Positions 1 to 10,777 are shown, counted from the first letter of the stretch. The stretch is 64,000 nucleotides of DNA from Candidatus Heimdallarchaeota archaeon (GCA_030603365.1 JAUVXV010000002.1:224001-288000); one strand, 5' to 3'. Notes: a model not told the origin generated them from the letters alone. A program made the numbers and translations.

Positions 1-339
1 AGATTCTTTCAATGCTAAACCGACATTTTTTGTAGCTTCTTCTAAATATGTATAGTCAAAGATTGCTTCATCTTTAGACGGAGTACCAACACAGATAATG
101 ATAAGTTCAGACAGCATAACTGCATCTTTTGCATTCAAGGTAGCTTTTAGCTTTTTCTTTGGAACTAGTTCTTTGAGTAATTCATCAAGTCCTTCTTCAT
201 AGATTGGAGCTATTCCTTCATTAATTTTTGAGACTTTTTCTTCAATTACATCAACACAAATAACATCGTGTCCTTTACTAGCGAAACAAGCACCAGTGAC
301 AAGTCCTACATATCCTGTACCGATTATAGCTATTTTCAT
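1..339 (-). CDS. UDP-glucose/GDP-mannose dehydrogenase family protein, N-terminal part (runs off window start)
   Basis: Not in the ORF track. Manual translation from ATG at 339 gives MKIAIIGTGYVGLVTGACFASKGHDVICVDVIEEKVSKINEGIAPIYEEGL...IICVGTP, which has the Rossmann GxGxxG, PIYEEGL and ICVGTP motifs of the family. Confidence 0.92.
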   Translation of the reverse strand, partial: MKIAIIGTGYVGLVTGACFASKGHDVICVDVIEEKVSKINEGIAPIYEEGLDELLKELVPKKKLKATLNAKDAVMLSELIIICVGTPSKDEAIFDYTYLEEATKNVGLALKES

Positions 340-379
340 TTTCGTCAATCAAAGATTGCTTATCAGATTATAATAACAT

Positions 380-401
380 TTGTCCAGAAGTTGTCCAGAA
401 G
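380..401. repeat. Perfect 11-bp tandem repeat TTGTCCAGAAG x2 in a divergent promoter region
   Basis: Copies at 380-390 and 391-401, between the divergent nucleotide-sugar dehydrogenase and HD hydrolase genes. Confidence 0.8.
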
Positions 402-449
402 CTTGCTCATCCCAAAAAGTTATGAAGAACAAAAAAGAGTATTCCATCA

Positions 450-1760
450 ATGTCAGTTTACAGGTCAATAGCAGATCAGGTTCACAAATATATCGATATT
501 TATGAGAAAAATATAATCGATATTGTTGATACGTCTATTTTTCAGCGTCTTAGACGTATTATTCAGTTGGGTGGTGTGTCCATTTCCTATCCATCAGCTA
601 CTCACAGTAGATTCATACACAGTTTAGGAGCTCATCATGTTGCTAATCGAATTGGCAATTTTCTGAATAAAAAACACCCAAACATATTAACTCAGGATGA
701 TCTTAGAAAAGTTAGTTTAACTGCACTTATTCATGATATAGGGCATGGTCCATTTTCACATATGTTTGAAGACACTATACGTTTACTCTGTAAAAATTCG
801 AACAATGAGACATGTAGCGATAAATATGAAGCATTCTTAAGACATGAAAACATCTCTGAGCAAATCGTTATGGATGATGAATCAGAGATAGCTCAGATAT
901 TAGAAAGAGAAGGTTATAATCGGAAACAACTTGGAAGTATGATCCAAGGAAGAAGTATAGAAGATAAACCATTTAACAATCAGATAATCAATTCTCAATT
1001 AGATGCAGATTCATTAGATTATTTGATGAGAGATTCTGTGGCAACAGGTGTTTCATTTGGATTATATAATCTTGAACGTTTATTTGACATGATGGAGTTA
1101 ACTGATGACGGAACTATAATCATCAGAGAGAAAGGGATTCAATCTGTTGAACAAGTAGTTATAGCTCTTTATATGCAGTTTAGCAGAGTTTACTTCCATA
1201 AAACAGTTAGGTGTTATGAGTATATGCTAAAATTATTCATTTCACAAGTTTTACAGATGTTAGAAGAAGGTAAGAAACTTGAAGTTTTACCATTTATAAA
1301 GGAGTTCTCAGATAAGCCCTATTGGAAAACGCTGATGACTTTAACTGATGATATAATTTATACACAACTTCACTACTCTGCTCAAAAAGAAGAAAATAGT
1401 CCTTTTATCAAGAAATTAGCTAACGAAATATTGAAACGTAATCTATACAAAAGTATTCCATTAACTGAAGAAATGGCTTCACAAGTTTTGGAAAATAAAG
1501 ATAAAATTAACTTCATTGTTAGAAAGTATGACTATCCTATTGTCAGTTGGGATATTGATCAATTCAGTAGCAGATATTATACTCATTATGATGAAACCAA
1601 TAGAAATGCTATCATGATAAAGATGAAAGGTGGACAACTGAAACAGCTTTCAGAGGTATCTGATGTAGTTGCTAGTCTAACAAAACCGAAGTACAATAAT
1701 CTCTTAATCTTTCCAGCTCCTTGTAGAGAAGAAATTACAAAATTGGTTAAAGAGATATAG
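450..1760 (+). CDS. HD-domain phosphohydrolase (SAMHD1/dNTP triphosphohydrolase-like)
   Basis: FQRLRRIIQLG, ATHSRFIHSLG, LIHDIGHGPFSH, HE, QLDADSLDYLMRD and VYFHKT motifs. Confidence 0.9.
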   Translation: MSVYRSIADQVHKYIDIYEKNIIDIVDTSIFQRLRRIIQLGGVSISYPSATHSRFIHSLGAHHVANRIGNFLNKKHPNILTQDDLRKVSLTALIHDIGHGPFSHMFEDTIRLLCKNSNNETCSDKYEAFLRHENISEQIVMDDESEIAQILEREGYNRKQLGSMIQGRSIEDKPFNNQIINSQLDADSLDYLMRDSVATGVSFGLYNLERLFDMMELTDDGTIIIREKGIQSVEQVVIALYMQFSRVYFHKTVRCYEYMLKLFISQVLQMLEEGKKLEVLPFIKEFSDKPYWKTLMTLTDDIIYTQLHYSAQKEENSPFIKKLANEILKRNLYKSIPLTEEMASQVLENKDKINFIVRKYDYPIVSWDIDQFSSRYYTHYDETNRNAIMIKMKGGQLKQLSEVSDVVASLTKPKYNNLLIFPAPCREEITKLVKEI

Positions 1761-1785
1761 GAAAAAGAAGAAAAAGAAGAAAAGG

Positions 1786-4512
1786 TTAGTATTGATAATC
1801 GTCTTCGTTTCTAGAATCTGATTGATCTTGAACATCATCATAACTGGTAGTTGGTTTTTCTTCAAACTGCTTTTCTTGTTGAGAATATACAGGTTTAGAT
1901 ATAGTACGAGGAGTTTCAGTTATTGCTAGCTCATTCCTAATGATTCTGGGTTCCTTTTGATTAGACTCTACTACATTTTTGTATTTCCTAGTCATATCTT
2001 TTAGACCACAGTTCTTACAATAAGGATACTTGGTTTTGGTTATGTCACCGCAATATGGACATCTACGTAATTTTCTCAAAATGCGGAGTGAAAACTGTTT
2101 CCATAGTATAACCCAAACAATACCCAATGAACCTAAAATTTTTACAACATCAGATTGAAAAGCAATTTCTAACCAATAATAGAGCCTTTCCAGTGATTTC
2201 AGAGGAACAGTATAGATTTCAAAACTTAGCACATGTAGAGACATTCCGGGTATATCAACCGTTACTTCAACCAAAACAGTTTCTCCAGCTTTCAAGTAAT
2301 CTTTGTCTATGATTATTGTGGAAGGTAGTTCAAATTTTGTATTTCCTGTTGAATTTTGGAATGTAACATTATCAATAGTTAATGTAGCTGGTACATTGAA
2401 TAATGGTGCTTCGATTCTCGTATCCACATCTAAGTAGATGGTCAAATCATCACCTTCTTTACCTTCAGGAGCAGGATTCAAATCTAGAACTAACTCATTA
2501 AGTTTGATTGTTACATCTTTCTCTATAGTTCTAAGAAGATATCCAGGTTTAGAAGCTTCGATAAAGAATGTAGTGTTAAAACTAGTAGCACTTTCATCTG
2601 CAAGATCATAGAATAACATTAATTCTTGAATAGGTATGAATACCGTGGCATAACCGCCAGCATCTGTAAATTCACTAATAGTAAAGCCAGCTAAACGTAC
2701 TATTACTTCAGCACTAGCAATCCCAGATCCAGTTTCATCCTCACATGTAATAGTCAACACTAAACCTGAATCTACAAGTTGAGTGATTTCTGGATTTGTA
2801 GGCTCTGTTGAAATATGAATTATCTTTACAAAGGTAAGTAGCAGGTTATAATCAAACACTAAGAAGTTAGCGAATTTGATTTGAAGTAATAGGAAATGAT
2901 CACCACCTTCTGTTGAGGTGAAATTCACTTTTACTTTTTGACTTGTTTGTAGTTGAATTCCATCAAGTGATGTTGTATTCATTCTGTAGTTTTGTGGATA
3001 AAAGATGGAAGCTATAGTATTGGAGGTAATATCAAATTCAAAGTTGAACGTAAAGGATTTGTTACTTGATCTGAATATAGAGGTTGTTTCAGGAATATCT
3101 ATAAACCAATCACAAACCATTGCTTGATTAGGTATTAGTATAGTTGGTCTTACTAACATTGTAAATAATGGATAAAATTTCATCATCATTGTAATGGCTT
3201 GATAATTTACAATATGTGGATTACTGTGGGGTATATCATAAATCAGATCTAACTGAGCCCCAGATTCAGTTATACCTGCTTGGAAGTATTCTGGTGCAAT
3301 AAATGTACTATCCAATATACTTTGAAATAGATTATTAATTTCAATGAATGAAGGAGTTAAGCCTGTCATCTCTAGTTTCAATCTTTTGAATTCTATGGAA
3401 TGAGAAAGATACAAACTGTTTTCATATGTAAGTGCTGTTTCAGCTAAGCTTAAGGAAAGGAGGTTGAACTTTGTGTGTAACAAATTTGTTATGGAACTTC
3501 TGAAATATTCTTTCAAAGTTGTTTCTCCCATATCTGTCCAGTTGAAATAGTTATCACTTACACCGAGATTGCCTTGGGTATGTTCATATTTACTTATCTG
3601 CATTAATGCAGTATTCATGTAGATATTTCCTTGAAGATCAGCTTCGTCATATTCAGCAGAAGCTATTGCGTCTGATGATCTGTAAAGAAAACCGAAATCA
3701 CCAGAAGGTAAGGTAAAAGTTTGATTAGCATTTGTTCTATAAGTATCTACAACAAGTTTTGCTTGGTTATAGTATGTTGAAGTCATATTTGAAGCATAAT
3801 TAGCCATAGAGAATAAACCAGTAGCTCTTGCAGAACTGTGATAAGGTGGACCTACAATAACCTCATATTGAGATTGAGTCAACTCTAAAGTCGAGAATAT
3901 TGAATTTGATGGTGTATCATAAAATAGTGTTGTCAAGTTAGTAAATAGTTTGTTTGCATAGCTTCTGATAACAGCAGCTGTAAAGACATCTCCATCAACT
4001 TCAAGTGCTTGTGCCAATCTGTTGTACATAATTACTAACAAGAAATTTTCATCTGCGTTAAATTCGTAATGTGTTATTCGGTTTTCACCTCTTATGTAGG
4101 TTCCATTTACATCAAGTTTCATGGATGATGAAGCAATTATAGCTTTAGTAATTAAATCAGGATCTCCTGTAATAAAGAAAAGATCAATACTTGTTAGTAC
4201 CAATTGAACAGCAGTAAGATCCCAAATCCTGTTACTTGGAATTTCAAGGAAAGGAAAAATGGTTCCTATTTCAAAGTAAATCCCAGTAGCAAATTCTATA
4301 CCTACACTGTCAAAATAATTTGCTACATAGCTTTCATTGGAGGGAGGTGGAGGAAGCAATTTAGGAGGGGTGCTATTAGTAGTATTCTTGTCTATATCTG
4401 TTTCAGTTTCTGTTATTACATATTCAACACCTATATTTTGGTTTGGTATTAAAGGAACAAACAGAAGAGAAATTATTATACTTAAAAATACTAAATTCTT
4501 TTTTGAATTCAT
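1786..4512 (-). CDS. Large type-I membrane protein: signal peptide, long ectodomain, TM helix, cytoplasmic zinc ribbon and acidic tail
   Basis: Basic/hydrophobic N-terminal signal, many NxS/T sequons, TM segment ILGSLGIVWVILW, then CPYC-x9-CKNC. Confidence 0.75.
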   Translation of the reverse strand: MNSKKNLVFLSIIISLLFVPLIPNQNIGVEYVITETETDIDKNTTNSTPPKLLPPPPSNESYVANYFDSVGIEFATGIYFEIGTIFPFLEIPSNRIWDLTAVQLVLTSIDLFFITGDPDLITKAIIASSSMKLDVNGTYIRGENRITHYEFNADENFLLVIMYNRLAQALEVDGDVFTAAVIRSYANKLFTNLTTLFYDTPSNSIFSTLELTQSQYEVIVGPPYHSSARATGLFSMANYASNMTSTYYNQAKLVVDTYRTNANQTFTLPSGDFGFLYRSSDAIASAEYDEADLQGNIYMNTALMQISKYEHTQGNLGVSDNYFNWTDMGETTLKEYFRSSITNLLHTKFNLLSLSLAETALTYENSLYLSHSIEFKRLKLEMTGLTPSFIEINNLFQSILDSTFIAPEYFQAGITESGAQLDLIYDIPHSNPHIVNYQAITMMMKFYPLFTMLVRPTILIPNQAMVCDWFIDIPETTSIFRSSNKSFTFNFEFDITSNTIASIFYPQNYRMNTTSLDGIQLQTSQKVKVNFTSTEGGDHFLLLQIKFANFLVFDYNLLLTFVKIIHISTEPTNPEITQLVDSGLVLTITCEDETGSGIASAEVIVRLAGFTISEFTDAGGYATVFIPIQELMLFYDLADESATSFNTTFFIEASKPGYLLRTIEKDVTIKLNELVLDLNPAPEGKEGDDLTIYLDVDTRIEAPLFNVPATLTIDNVTFQNSTGNTKFELPSTIIIDKDYLKAGETVLVEVTVDIPGMSLHVLSFEIYTVPLKSLERLYYWLEIAFQSDVVKILGSLGIVWVILWKQFSLRILRKLRRCPYCGDITKTKYPYCKNCGLKDMTRKYKNVVESNQKEPRIIRNELAITETPRTISKPVYSQQEKQFEEKPTTSYDDVQDQSDSRNEDDYQY

Positions 4513-4613
4513 AATTTCTAATTTGTTAATTATCTAAAAAAAACCTTCGCTAAAGGCTATGGAATTGTTTCTCTTTTAGAGAGTGTAAGAAGTGATTATA
4601 CTGTAAAAAAGGG

Positions 4614-6377
4614 TTATTTCTTTTTACCTTTTCTTCTCTTCTTTTTTTCCTCAATTTGGAGATATTCCATCACAATTTCCTTCAAATCACCTTTTGTTAT
4701 TCTTCTATCATCCTCCACTTGACCATCTAACAGTTTTATGTGTCTGAAACCAGGTCGAAGTAAAGTTAGATCATGAGAACATGTTATTATTGTTGAATTG
4801 TTAATTCTAACTGTATCCATCAGCATATCCATCACGCTTCTTGCTAAATCTGTGTCAAGATTTGCTGTTGGTTCATCAGCTAGAATCACACTTGTTCTCC
4901 TATTAAGTGCAGTTGCTAGCGCTGCTCTTTGTTTCTCCCCTTCAGATAATTCACCAGGGTAAGAATCAAGTTTATGATCAATGAAGCATTCTTTAGCAAC
5001 AGATAGACTGTATTCCTTGTCAAATTTCTGACGCGAGAAAAGATAAGGTATTGTGAAATTATCCTTAATCTGTAATGGTCCAAATAGGTTATTATGTTGA
5101 GTTATGTAAGCTATATTTTTTAGTCTGAATAGAGACGTTTCTTTTTCTGAAGATTCATTCACTGCAAAGCCTTCAACTTTAATCTGACCTTTTTCAGGTT
5201 TGATCAAACCAGCAATAAGATTGAGTAAGGTAGTCTTACCAACCCCAGAAGGTCCAGAAATAAAGATAAAATCCCCTTTATTGAAATTGATATTCAAATT
5301 TGAAATTACTTCGTTATAACCAGCTCTTGATTGATATCCCTTTGTTAGACCCTTAATTCTAATGAATGGTTTAGTTTTTTCAGGGGGGATAAATTCTCTA
5401 CTTAGTAGTTTTTCTACTTCCTCCATAGAAACTTGTTCAATTTCAGTATCTGATTCTTCTAAAGGATTTGAAATAATATCTAGAATTTTATCACGAGTAA
5501 TTGCATCTGGATTCCAAAATATACCTAATTTTTTCGAAGGATGGATATCAAATTCAACAACTTCTCCTAAAGCTGTTACTGCCTTAATTTCATCTGGAAT
5601 ACGAACAAAATTAGATGCATCCAAATATGATTTATTCACTTCTGAGGAATGCATCAAGAACTCTAATTCGTCTTTTCCAATATCCGTACCAATTCCAGCT
5701 AACCGTCCATCACGAATTACAAAACTTTTCTCAAATACATTCCTGTATCTAATATCATGAGTGACAACGAGAATTGTTTTTCCCATAGCTCGGTTAATCT
5801 GTTTGATTGTCTCAATCATATCTTGAGTATTCTTGGAATCTAATTGTCCTGTAGGCTCATCAGCTAGAAGGATATCAGGATTTTTAGCTAACGCGACGCC
5901 CATTGAGAGTCTCATTGCTTCTCCTCCAGATAATTTTTCTACCTTATTGTTTTCCACATGCTGCAAATTAAGTATCTTAAGAAGCTCATTTGCTTCCTTA
6001 TGGGATTGTTCTTTGGGTAAGAAAAACAGTTTTTTAGGAACGAGGAGATTCTGCTTAACAGAAAGATGTGGAAAAAGATTCTGTGTGGTAAATTGGTTGA
6101 TAATTCCTATGTGATAGAATCTGAATTCCCGTCTCTCGAATTCATCAAGTTCAGTGAAATCATGACCATTGATTAACAATTTGCCACTTGTAGGTAACTC
6201 TATTCCAGATAGAATCCTGACAAGAGTAGTTTTTCCAGCTCCAGAAGGTCCTATAATTGAGACAAGTTCTCCTTCTTTAACCTTTAAATCCATGCCCCTT
6301 AGGGCTGCTACCTTGTAATCAGTTGATTTATCATGATATACTTTTATTAGATCGGTACATGTTATCATTTTTATCAC
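4614..6377 (-). CDS. ABC ATP-binding protein with two fused LolD/MacB-type NBDs
   Basis: NBD1: GPSGAGKTT, LSGGE, LADEPTGQLD, VTHD. NBD2: GPSGVGKTT, LSEGE, LADEPTANLD, CSHD. Overlaps the permease stop codon. Confidence 0.92.
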   Translation of the reverse strand: MIKMITCTDLIKVYHDKSTDYKVAALRGMDLKVKEGELVSIIGPSGAGKTTLVRILSGIELPTSGKLLINGHDFTELDEFERREFRFYHIGIINQFTTQNLFPHLSVKQNLLVPKKLFFLPKEQSHKEANELLKILNLQHVENNKVEKLSGGEAMRLSMGVALAKNPDILLADEPTGQLDSKNTQDMIETIKQINRAMGKTILVVTHDIRYRNVFEKSFVIRDGRLAGIGTDIGKDELEFLMHSSEVNKSYLDASNFVRIPDEIKAVTALGEVVEFDIHPSKKLGIFWNPDAITRDKILDIISNPLEESDTEIEQVSMEEVEKLLSREFIPPEKTKPFIRIKGLTKGYQSRAGYNEVISNLNINFNKGDFIFISGPSGVGKTTLLNLIAGLIKPEKGQIKVEGFAVNESSEKETSLFRLKNIAYITQHNNLFGPLQIKDNFTIPYLFSRQKFDKEYSLSVAKECFIDHKLDSYPGELSEGEKQRAALATALNRRTSVILADEPTANLDTDLARSVMDMLMDTVRINNSTIITCSHDLTLLRPGFRHIKLLDGQVEDDRRITKGDLKEIVMEYLQIEEKKKRRKGKKK

Positions 6378-9300
6378 TCCAAATTTTTAGGTCTGTATTT
6401 AGCAAAATTGTATTTCATTGCCAAGAAAAATATCGTGTAGAACACTACTGGTATTGCTAAGAATATTATCAACATTACTTGATAAGGGAAGTGCATTTGG
6501 AAGGGTAGTCCTCCTTGAACAGCAGGTGATTCTATGAATAACCAGTTGAATAATGATAGGAGACCATATCCTGCCGCTCCACCCAGAGCTAATCCTAGAA
6601 CTATACACGAAACAAACAGTTCTAATGCTGATAAGAATATTATTCGATTCGTTGGTATTCCTATTTTCTTAAGAATGTCATGTTTTACAAGCCTTCTCTG
6701 AAGAATTTTTAGAGGATTACTAAGACTTGTAAATGCTACTGCAGCTAAGCAAATTAAAATTCCAAAAACAAATTCAGCTACAAGTACTGAATAGAATGGG
6801 AAGAAAGTAAATAATGCGAGATCACTATTAGTCTCCATTGTATCAACTTCTACTCCCAAGTCTTGACGGAGTGTATCTGCAAATTTCTCTTGATTAACGC
6901 TATTCTTAACGTTGATCAGTAATCTTTGAAGAGTAACCTCATTTAAAGTTAATATACCCGAGATATACTCAAAATTATCTTGTGACATCACTATACCAAA
7001 ATGAGTATAAGGATAGGGTTCGGGATAATAGACATCATATGAGACTCCATAAGGCTCTGATCCAAACCGTTCTGATCCGTAATCATAAAAAATGGGGAAA
7101 TAATCAAATCCTCTTTTTATTGAGAATGGAATAACAATAGGATCCACTCCAGTATCATTTATGAAGCTAAATTGATTTTGTCCGCCAGCAACATAATCCT
7201 TGAATGTATTCGAAGTTAACATGCTAGTATTTTCTCTTAATTCATAGATAGATTGTTCCCAATTCCTAAATAGATATTCAGGAGGTTGGAAGGCCGTTTT
7301 GAGGTAATCTACCGTGTCATTTACTATTAAGAAGTCAATAGGATAATCTCTGTAATTGGCATTCAGTTGTGTTATATTAGTATAACTTACTATCTCGCTA
7401 TAATTACTAAAACTTGATAGTATTGTATCATTGTAATCGTCCCAATTGGTGATTATCAAGTCACTTCCACCATAGAAATAAGTTTCAGTGTTTATCTTAT
7501 CTTGAATCAAGAGTGGTGTTATCGTAAAAGGTATGAGTAATCCCACTAAAATGACATATGTCAGGAAAGTGTTATTGAATAACTTGATATCAGATCTAAC
7601 TTCTACTAGAGAGAAAGTGAATAGATTCTTTCGTAATGACCAGAAAACTTTACTGATAGCAATCATGAAAATCTTATGAACTTCTCTGAGGAGAAGGCCT
7701 AATCCTAAAAGACTAATCATTACACCAATGCCAATAATGTAGATATAAATTGTCAATAAAGCGAGACTTGAACTATCTATTATATTTAAGTAACTAGATT
7801 CTATCAACCACCAACCTAGACCTATGAAACCTGCTCCAAAACCAGTTATTAAAATATAAGGCAATTTTATGGTTTTCATAAGATGAACAAATTTCTTTGG
7901 TGGTTTTTCAACTTCTTTTTTAGTTGTTGATAATTTAATGATTCTAGGTACTGAGATGATGATAAGTAATAAAAGAGTTATACCCATTGCTGCAGGAGCA
8001 GTAGCTAGTTGAATAGAAGTGAATACTGACTTAAACGTTATGAATTTGTCAATTTTAAGTAGAGGTGGGAGGATAATTAAATTTACTCCCAATCCTAGAA
8101 ATGTTGCTGCGAGAGCTTCAAAGAATTTCATTGTAGAGTAGATAAATGTTATCATCCCCGTAGATACTCCTTTTGAGCTCAGAATCCTAATCTCTTGCTC
8201 AAAACTAGAACTGAAGATTTCATTGACTTCAAATGTTACAAACAGAGCCAAATACAGTATTGGTATCGATAAAAATACAATTATGAACTGAGTCATTTGC
8301 ATGAATGAACCTATTCCAGAGAACACATATTGAAGTTCATTCTGAATATACCAATAGCTGTTAGGTGCAAAATTAAAGCTATAAGGGCTTTTTCCAACAA
8401 TATCTTGTATTTCTTCCAATAATATGTTTAGACGATCAGTATCCATTTGAGAAAAGTCGTATAAAAACTGAATTTGACTATACAGATTAAGATTATAGGA
8501 AGTGACATTTTCAAGATTTGTCAAATATGATGATGTGAATGTTAACATTGTTGGAATTCTATAATAAGAAGATGTTAAGTCGGTTAATGGGTCTGAAGGA
8601 AGTGAGTATTTATTGCAAATGTTGGTTAGAAGGTTTTCTGATGGATCTTGATAAATTCCTACTACAGTAAAATTAGCTTTACTGAAGTCAGTAGGATAAA
8701 ATACTTCATAAAAAGAAGTTGCATTGAAACTCAAAGTATCGTTTATCTCAACTGCATATTCGTCTATGAAAGATGAAGCAACAATTACTTCATTATTATC
8801 TATTGGGAGTCTACCTTCTGTTAGCAGTTCTTCAATCACTACTGAATAGTTGTCATTTAATCCGTAATAACTTACACCTAGGGGATATGAGTATGCATCT
8901 GTGAAATTTAGATTCATTAGAGGAATGTTCATCGTATAATAAACCCCTGTAATGATACTCCTCAAGACTGACGTTTTGGTATTCAGAGAATGAAAGATTT
9001 CAGAAAAAGCATATTCAGTTATATTCAAGTTAAATCCTTCATCTCCTAAACTAGATAAATCGCTTAGAATCAAGTTATATGATGCAGATAAATCATCATC
9101 ATTATAGAGATCAGCTGATTCTACATAGTTTATTATTAGGGAGGTTCGCTTTGAATCAAATAGGGTTGTACTGGTAACTATAATAGTTGAAAGAATGGTT
9201 AAACCCAATAAACTAATAATCAATCTTCTTTTGTTTGCTTTCCATAATATCATAATTAATGATGAAGAATTTTTTACAAACAACCAGAGATTGACAGCAA

Positions 9301-10777
9301 CCAATTTGCTTTTCTTTGCATTTGGAATAATTGGTCTTAGGAGGTATCGAATCATTTTCTTGATTCCACGATTAATCCGTTTTCTGAATATCACATACAA
9401 TATTGATAAAACAATAATAGGTGAAATAACAGTATACCAGTATTTTATCCAGAAATATGCAAACGAAGAGTAACTTTTGATTCCATAGAGAAAGGGAGTG
9501 GTAGGTAGATTTAATGTTAAATCAGTATACACTTTCCAAGCAAAAACATATTCGGAAAGGAATTTCATATTGTCAAAACTTTGTGATTCTAGAATCACAG
9601 AATAACCAATTGAGTAAGACCCATTTTCAATAATATCATAGTTTACAGAACCAAACTGATACAAATATGGATAATCTTCTAACTCAACAACCCTCTGATA
9701 CATAGAGATATTGTCATCAACAATAATATTGAGTGTGAGTGTTTTCACTTTTCGATCAGGATTATAATAGTAATAGTAAGGTGCATCTTCTAACCAATAA
9801 TATCCAAAATCCTGATAGACGAGATAAGTTGTATTAGTATACGAGAATACATCAAAATATCCATAAAAATAATAAGAATTGAAATTAAATTGTTTGAAAG
9901 AAGAAGGAGTAATAGATTCGTTTATTGAAAACTTAGTTGTATACAGTATTCCATAGGAAACATAGGAAAAATAGAATTTTCCATCTGAACATACAGATAG
10001 TTGAGATGAAAACCAAACATCATCTATCTCATAAACTGTAGAATTGTAAAACCCTTGATCTGTTACACCAACTATAGATAAAGTGGTGCTATCATAATAT
10101 CTAGAAGTTTCATTATAATTATACTTCTTAAACATCATAAATGCTTGATCATCTAGTACAAAAACATCATATTCATCTCCCCAGAAAGGGACTTCAATAG
10201 ATTTTTCGACACTTGTTCCGTTAAAGAAAATTCTTACATGATGAAGTACTACATCAGGAGGCTCCTCATAGTAGTCTACATTAAGTGTCATTAAATGTAT
10301 ACTATTTTCACTCATGAAAATCTTGGGATAGAAGTAGTATTCAGATGAATTGTAAATAGTTGATGATGAATGTTCTAAATCATTCCACATATATAGTTTT
10401 ACAACATTACGATATATTTGACTTTCAAGAGAATATACTAAAACTATATTTTCGTCGATTCTATATGCTTCAAATATCGAACTTGCAGATCGTCCAGTTT
10501 CCACTGTTATTAAAATATCTTCTAAAATATGTAGTATTACAAATGATCCATTGAAATAGTTGATTTGAAGGAAGAAATGAACTCTACTTACATTATCTAT
10601 GATAGATGCAGATCTTATATAAGATATTTCCTCAGTGCCGTATTCCATTATGATGAAGGGATCATCAGTTGTAGATTCAGAAAAAGCTGATCCTCTTTGT
10701 ACTGTGGTTAATAATAAAGATGTAGTAATTAATATTACAGCTAAAGCAACAATAAATTTCTTTCTTCCTTTATACAT
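6374..10777 (-). CDS. Very large FtsX/MacB-type ABC permease with an extra N-terminal extracellular domain
   Basis: Two FtsX-like modules (EIRILSSKG; DILKKIG), a GGSDL motif and multiple TM helices. Coupled to a LolD-type ATPase. About 430 aa of ectodomain precede the first internal TM. Confidence 0.85.
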   Translation of the reverse strand: MYKGRKKFIVALAVILITTSLLLTTVQRGSAFSESTTDDPFIIMEYGTEEISYIRSASIIDNVSRVHFFLQINYFNGSFVILHILEDILITVETGRSASSIFEAYRIDENIVLVYSLESQIYRNVVKLYMWNDLEHSSSTIYNSSEYYFYPKIFMSENSIHLMTLNVDYYEEPPDVVLHHVRIFFNGTSVEKSIEVPFWGDEYDVFVLDDQAFMMFKKYNYNETSRYYDSTTLSIVGVTDQGFYNSTVYEIDDVWFSSQLSVCSDGKFYFSYVSYGILYTTKFSINESITPSSFKQFNFNSYYFYGYFDVFSYTNTTYLVYQDFGYYWLEDAPYYYYYNPDRKVKTLTLNIIVDDNISMYQRVVELEDYPYLYQFGSVNYDIIENGSYSIGYSVILESQSFDNMKFLSEYVFAWKVYTDLTLNLPTTPFLYGIKSYSSFAYFWIKYWYTVISPIIVLSILYVIFRKRINRGIKKMIRYLLRPIIPNAKKSKLVAVNLWLFVKNSSSLIMILWKANKRRLIISLLGLTILSTIIVTSTTLFDSKRTSLIINYVESADLYNDDDLSASYNLILSDLSSLGDEGFNLNITEYAFSEIFHSLNTKTSVLRSIITGVYYTMNIPLMNLNFTDAYSYPLGVSYYGLNDNYSVVIEELLTEGRLPIDNNEVIVASSFIDEYAVEINDTLSFNATSFYEVFYPTDFSKANFTVVGIYQDPSENLLTNICNKYSLPSDPLTDLTSSYYRIPTMLTFTSSYLTNLENVTSYNLNLYSQIQFLYDFSQMDTDRLNILLEEIQDIVGKSPYSFNFAPNSYWYIQNELQYVFSGIGSFMQMTQFIIVFLSIPILYLALFVTFEVNEIFSSSFEQEIRILSSKGVSTGMITFIYSTMKFFEALAATFLGLGVNLIILPPLLKIDKFITFKSVFTSIQLATAPAAMGITLLLLIIISVPRIIKLSTTKKEVEKPPKKFVHLMKTIKLPYILITGFGAGFIGLGWWLIESSYLNIIDSSSLALLTIYIYIIGIGVMISLLGLGLLLREVHKIFMIAISKVFWSLRKNLFTFSLVEVRSDIKLFNNTFLTYVILVGLLIPFTITPLLIQDKINTETYFYGGSDLIITNWDDYNDTILSSFSNYSEIVSYTNITQLNANYRDYPIDFLIVNDTVDYLKTAFQPPEYLFRNWEQSIYELRENTSMLTSNTFKDYVAGGQNQFSFINDTGVDPIVIPFSIKRGFDYFPIFYDYGSERFGSEPYGVSYDVYYPEPYPYTHFGIVMSQDNFEYISGILTLNEVTLQRLLINVKNSVNQEKFADTLRQDLGVEVDTMETNSDLALFTFFPFYSVLVAEFVFGILICLAAVAFTSLSNPLKILQRRLVKHDILKKIGIPTNRIIFLSALELFVSCIVLGLALGGAAGYGLLSLFNWLFIESPAVQGGLPFQMHFPYQVMLIIFLAIPVVFYTIFFLAMKYNFAKYRPKNLE

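Noticed and set aside
268-471. 67-aa plus-strand ORF
   Set aside because: Overlaps antisense the clearly recognisable nucleotide-sugar dehydrogenase start and the promoter region.
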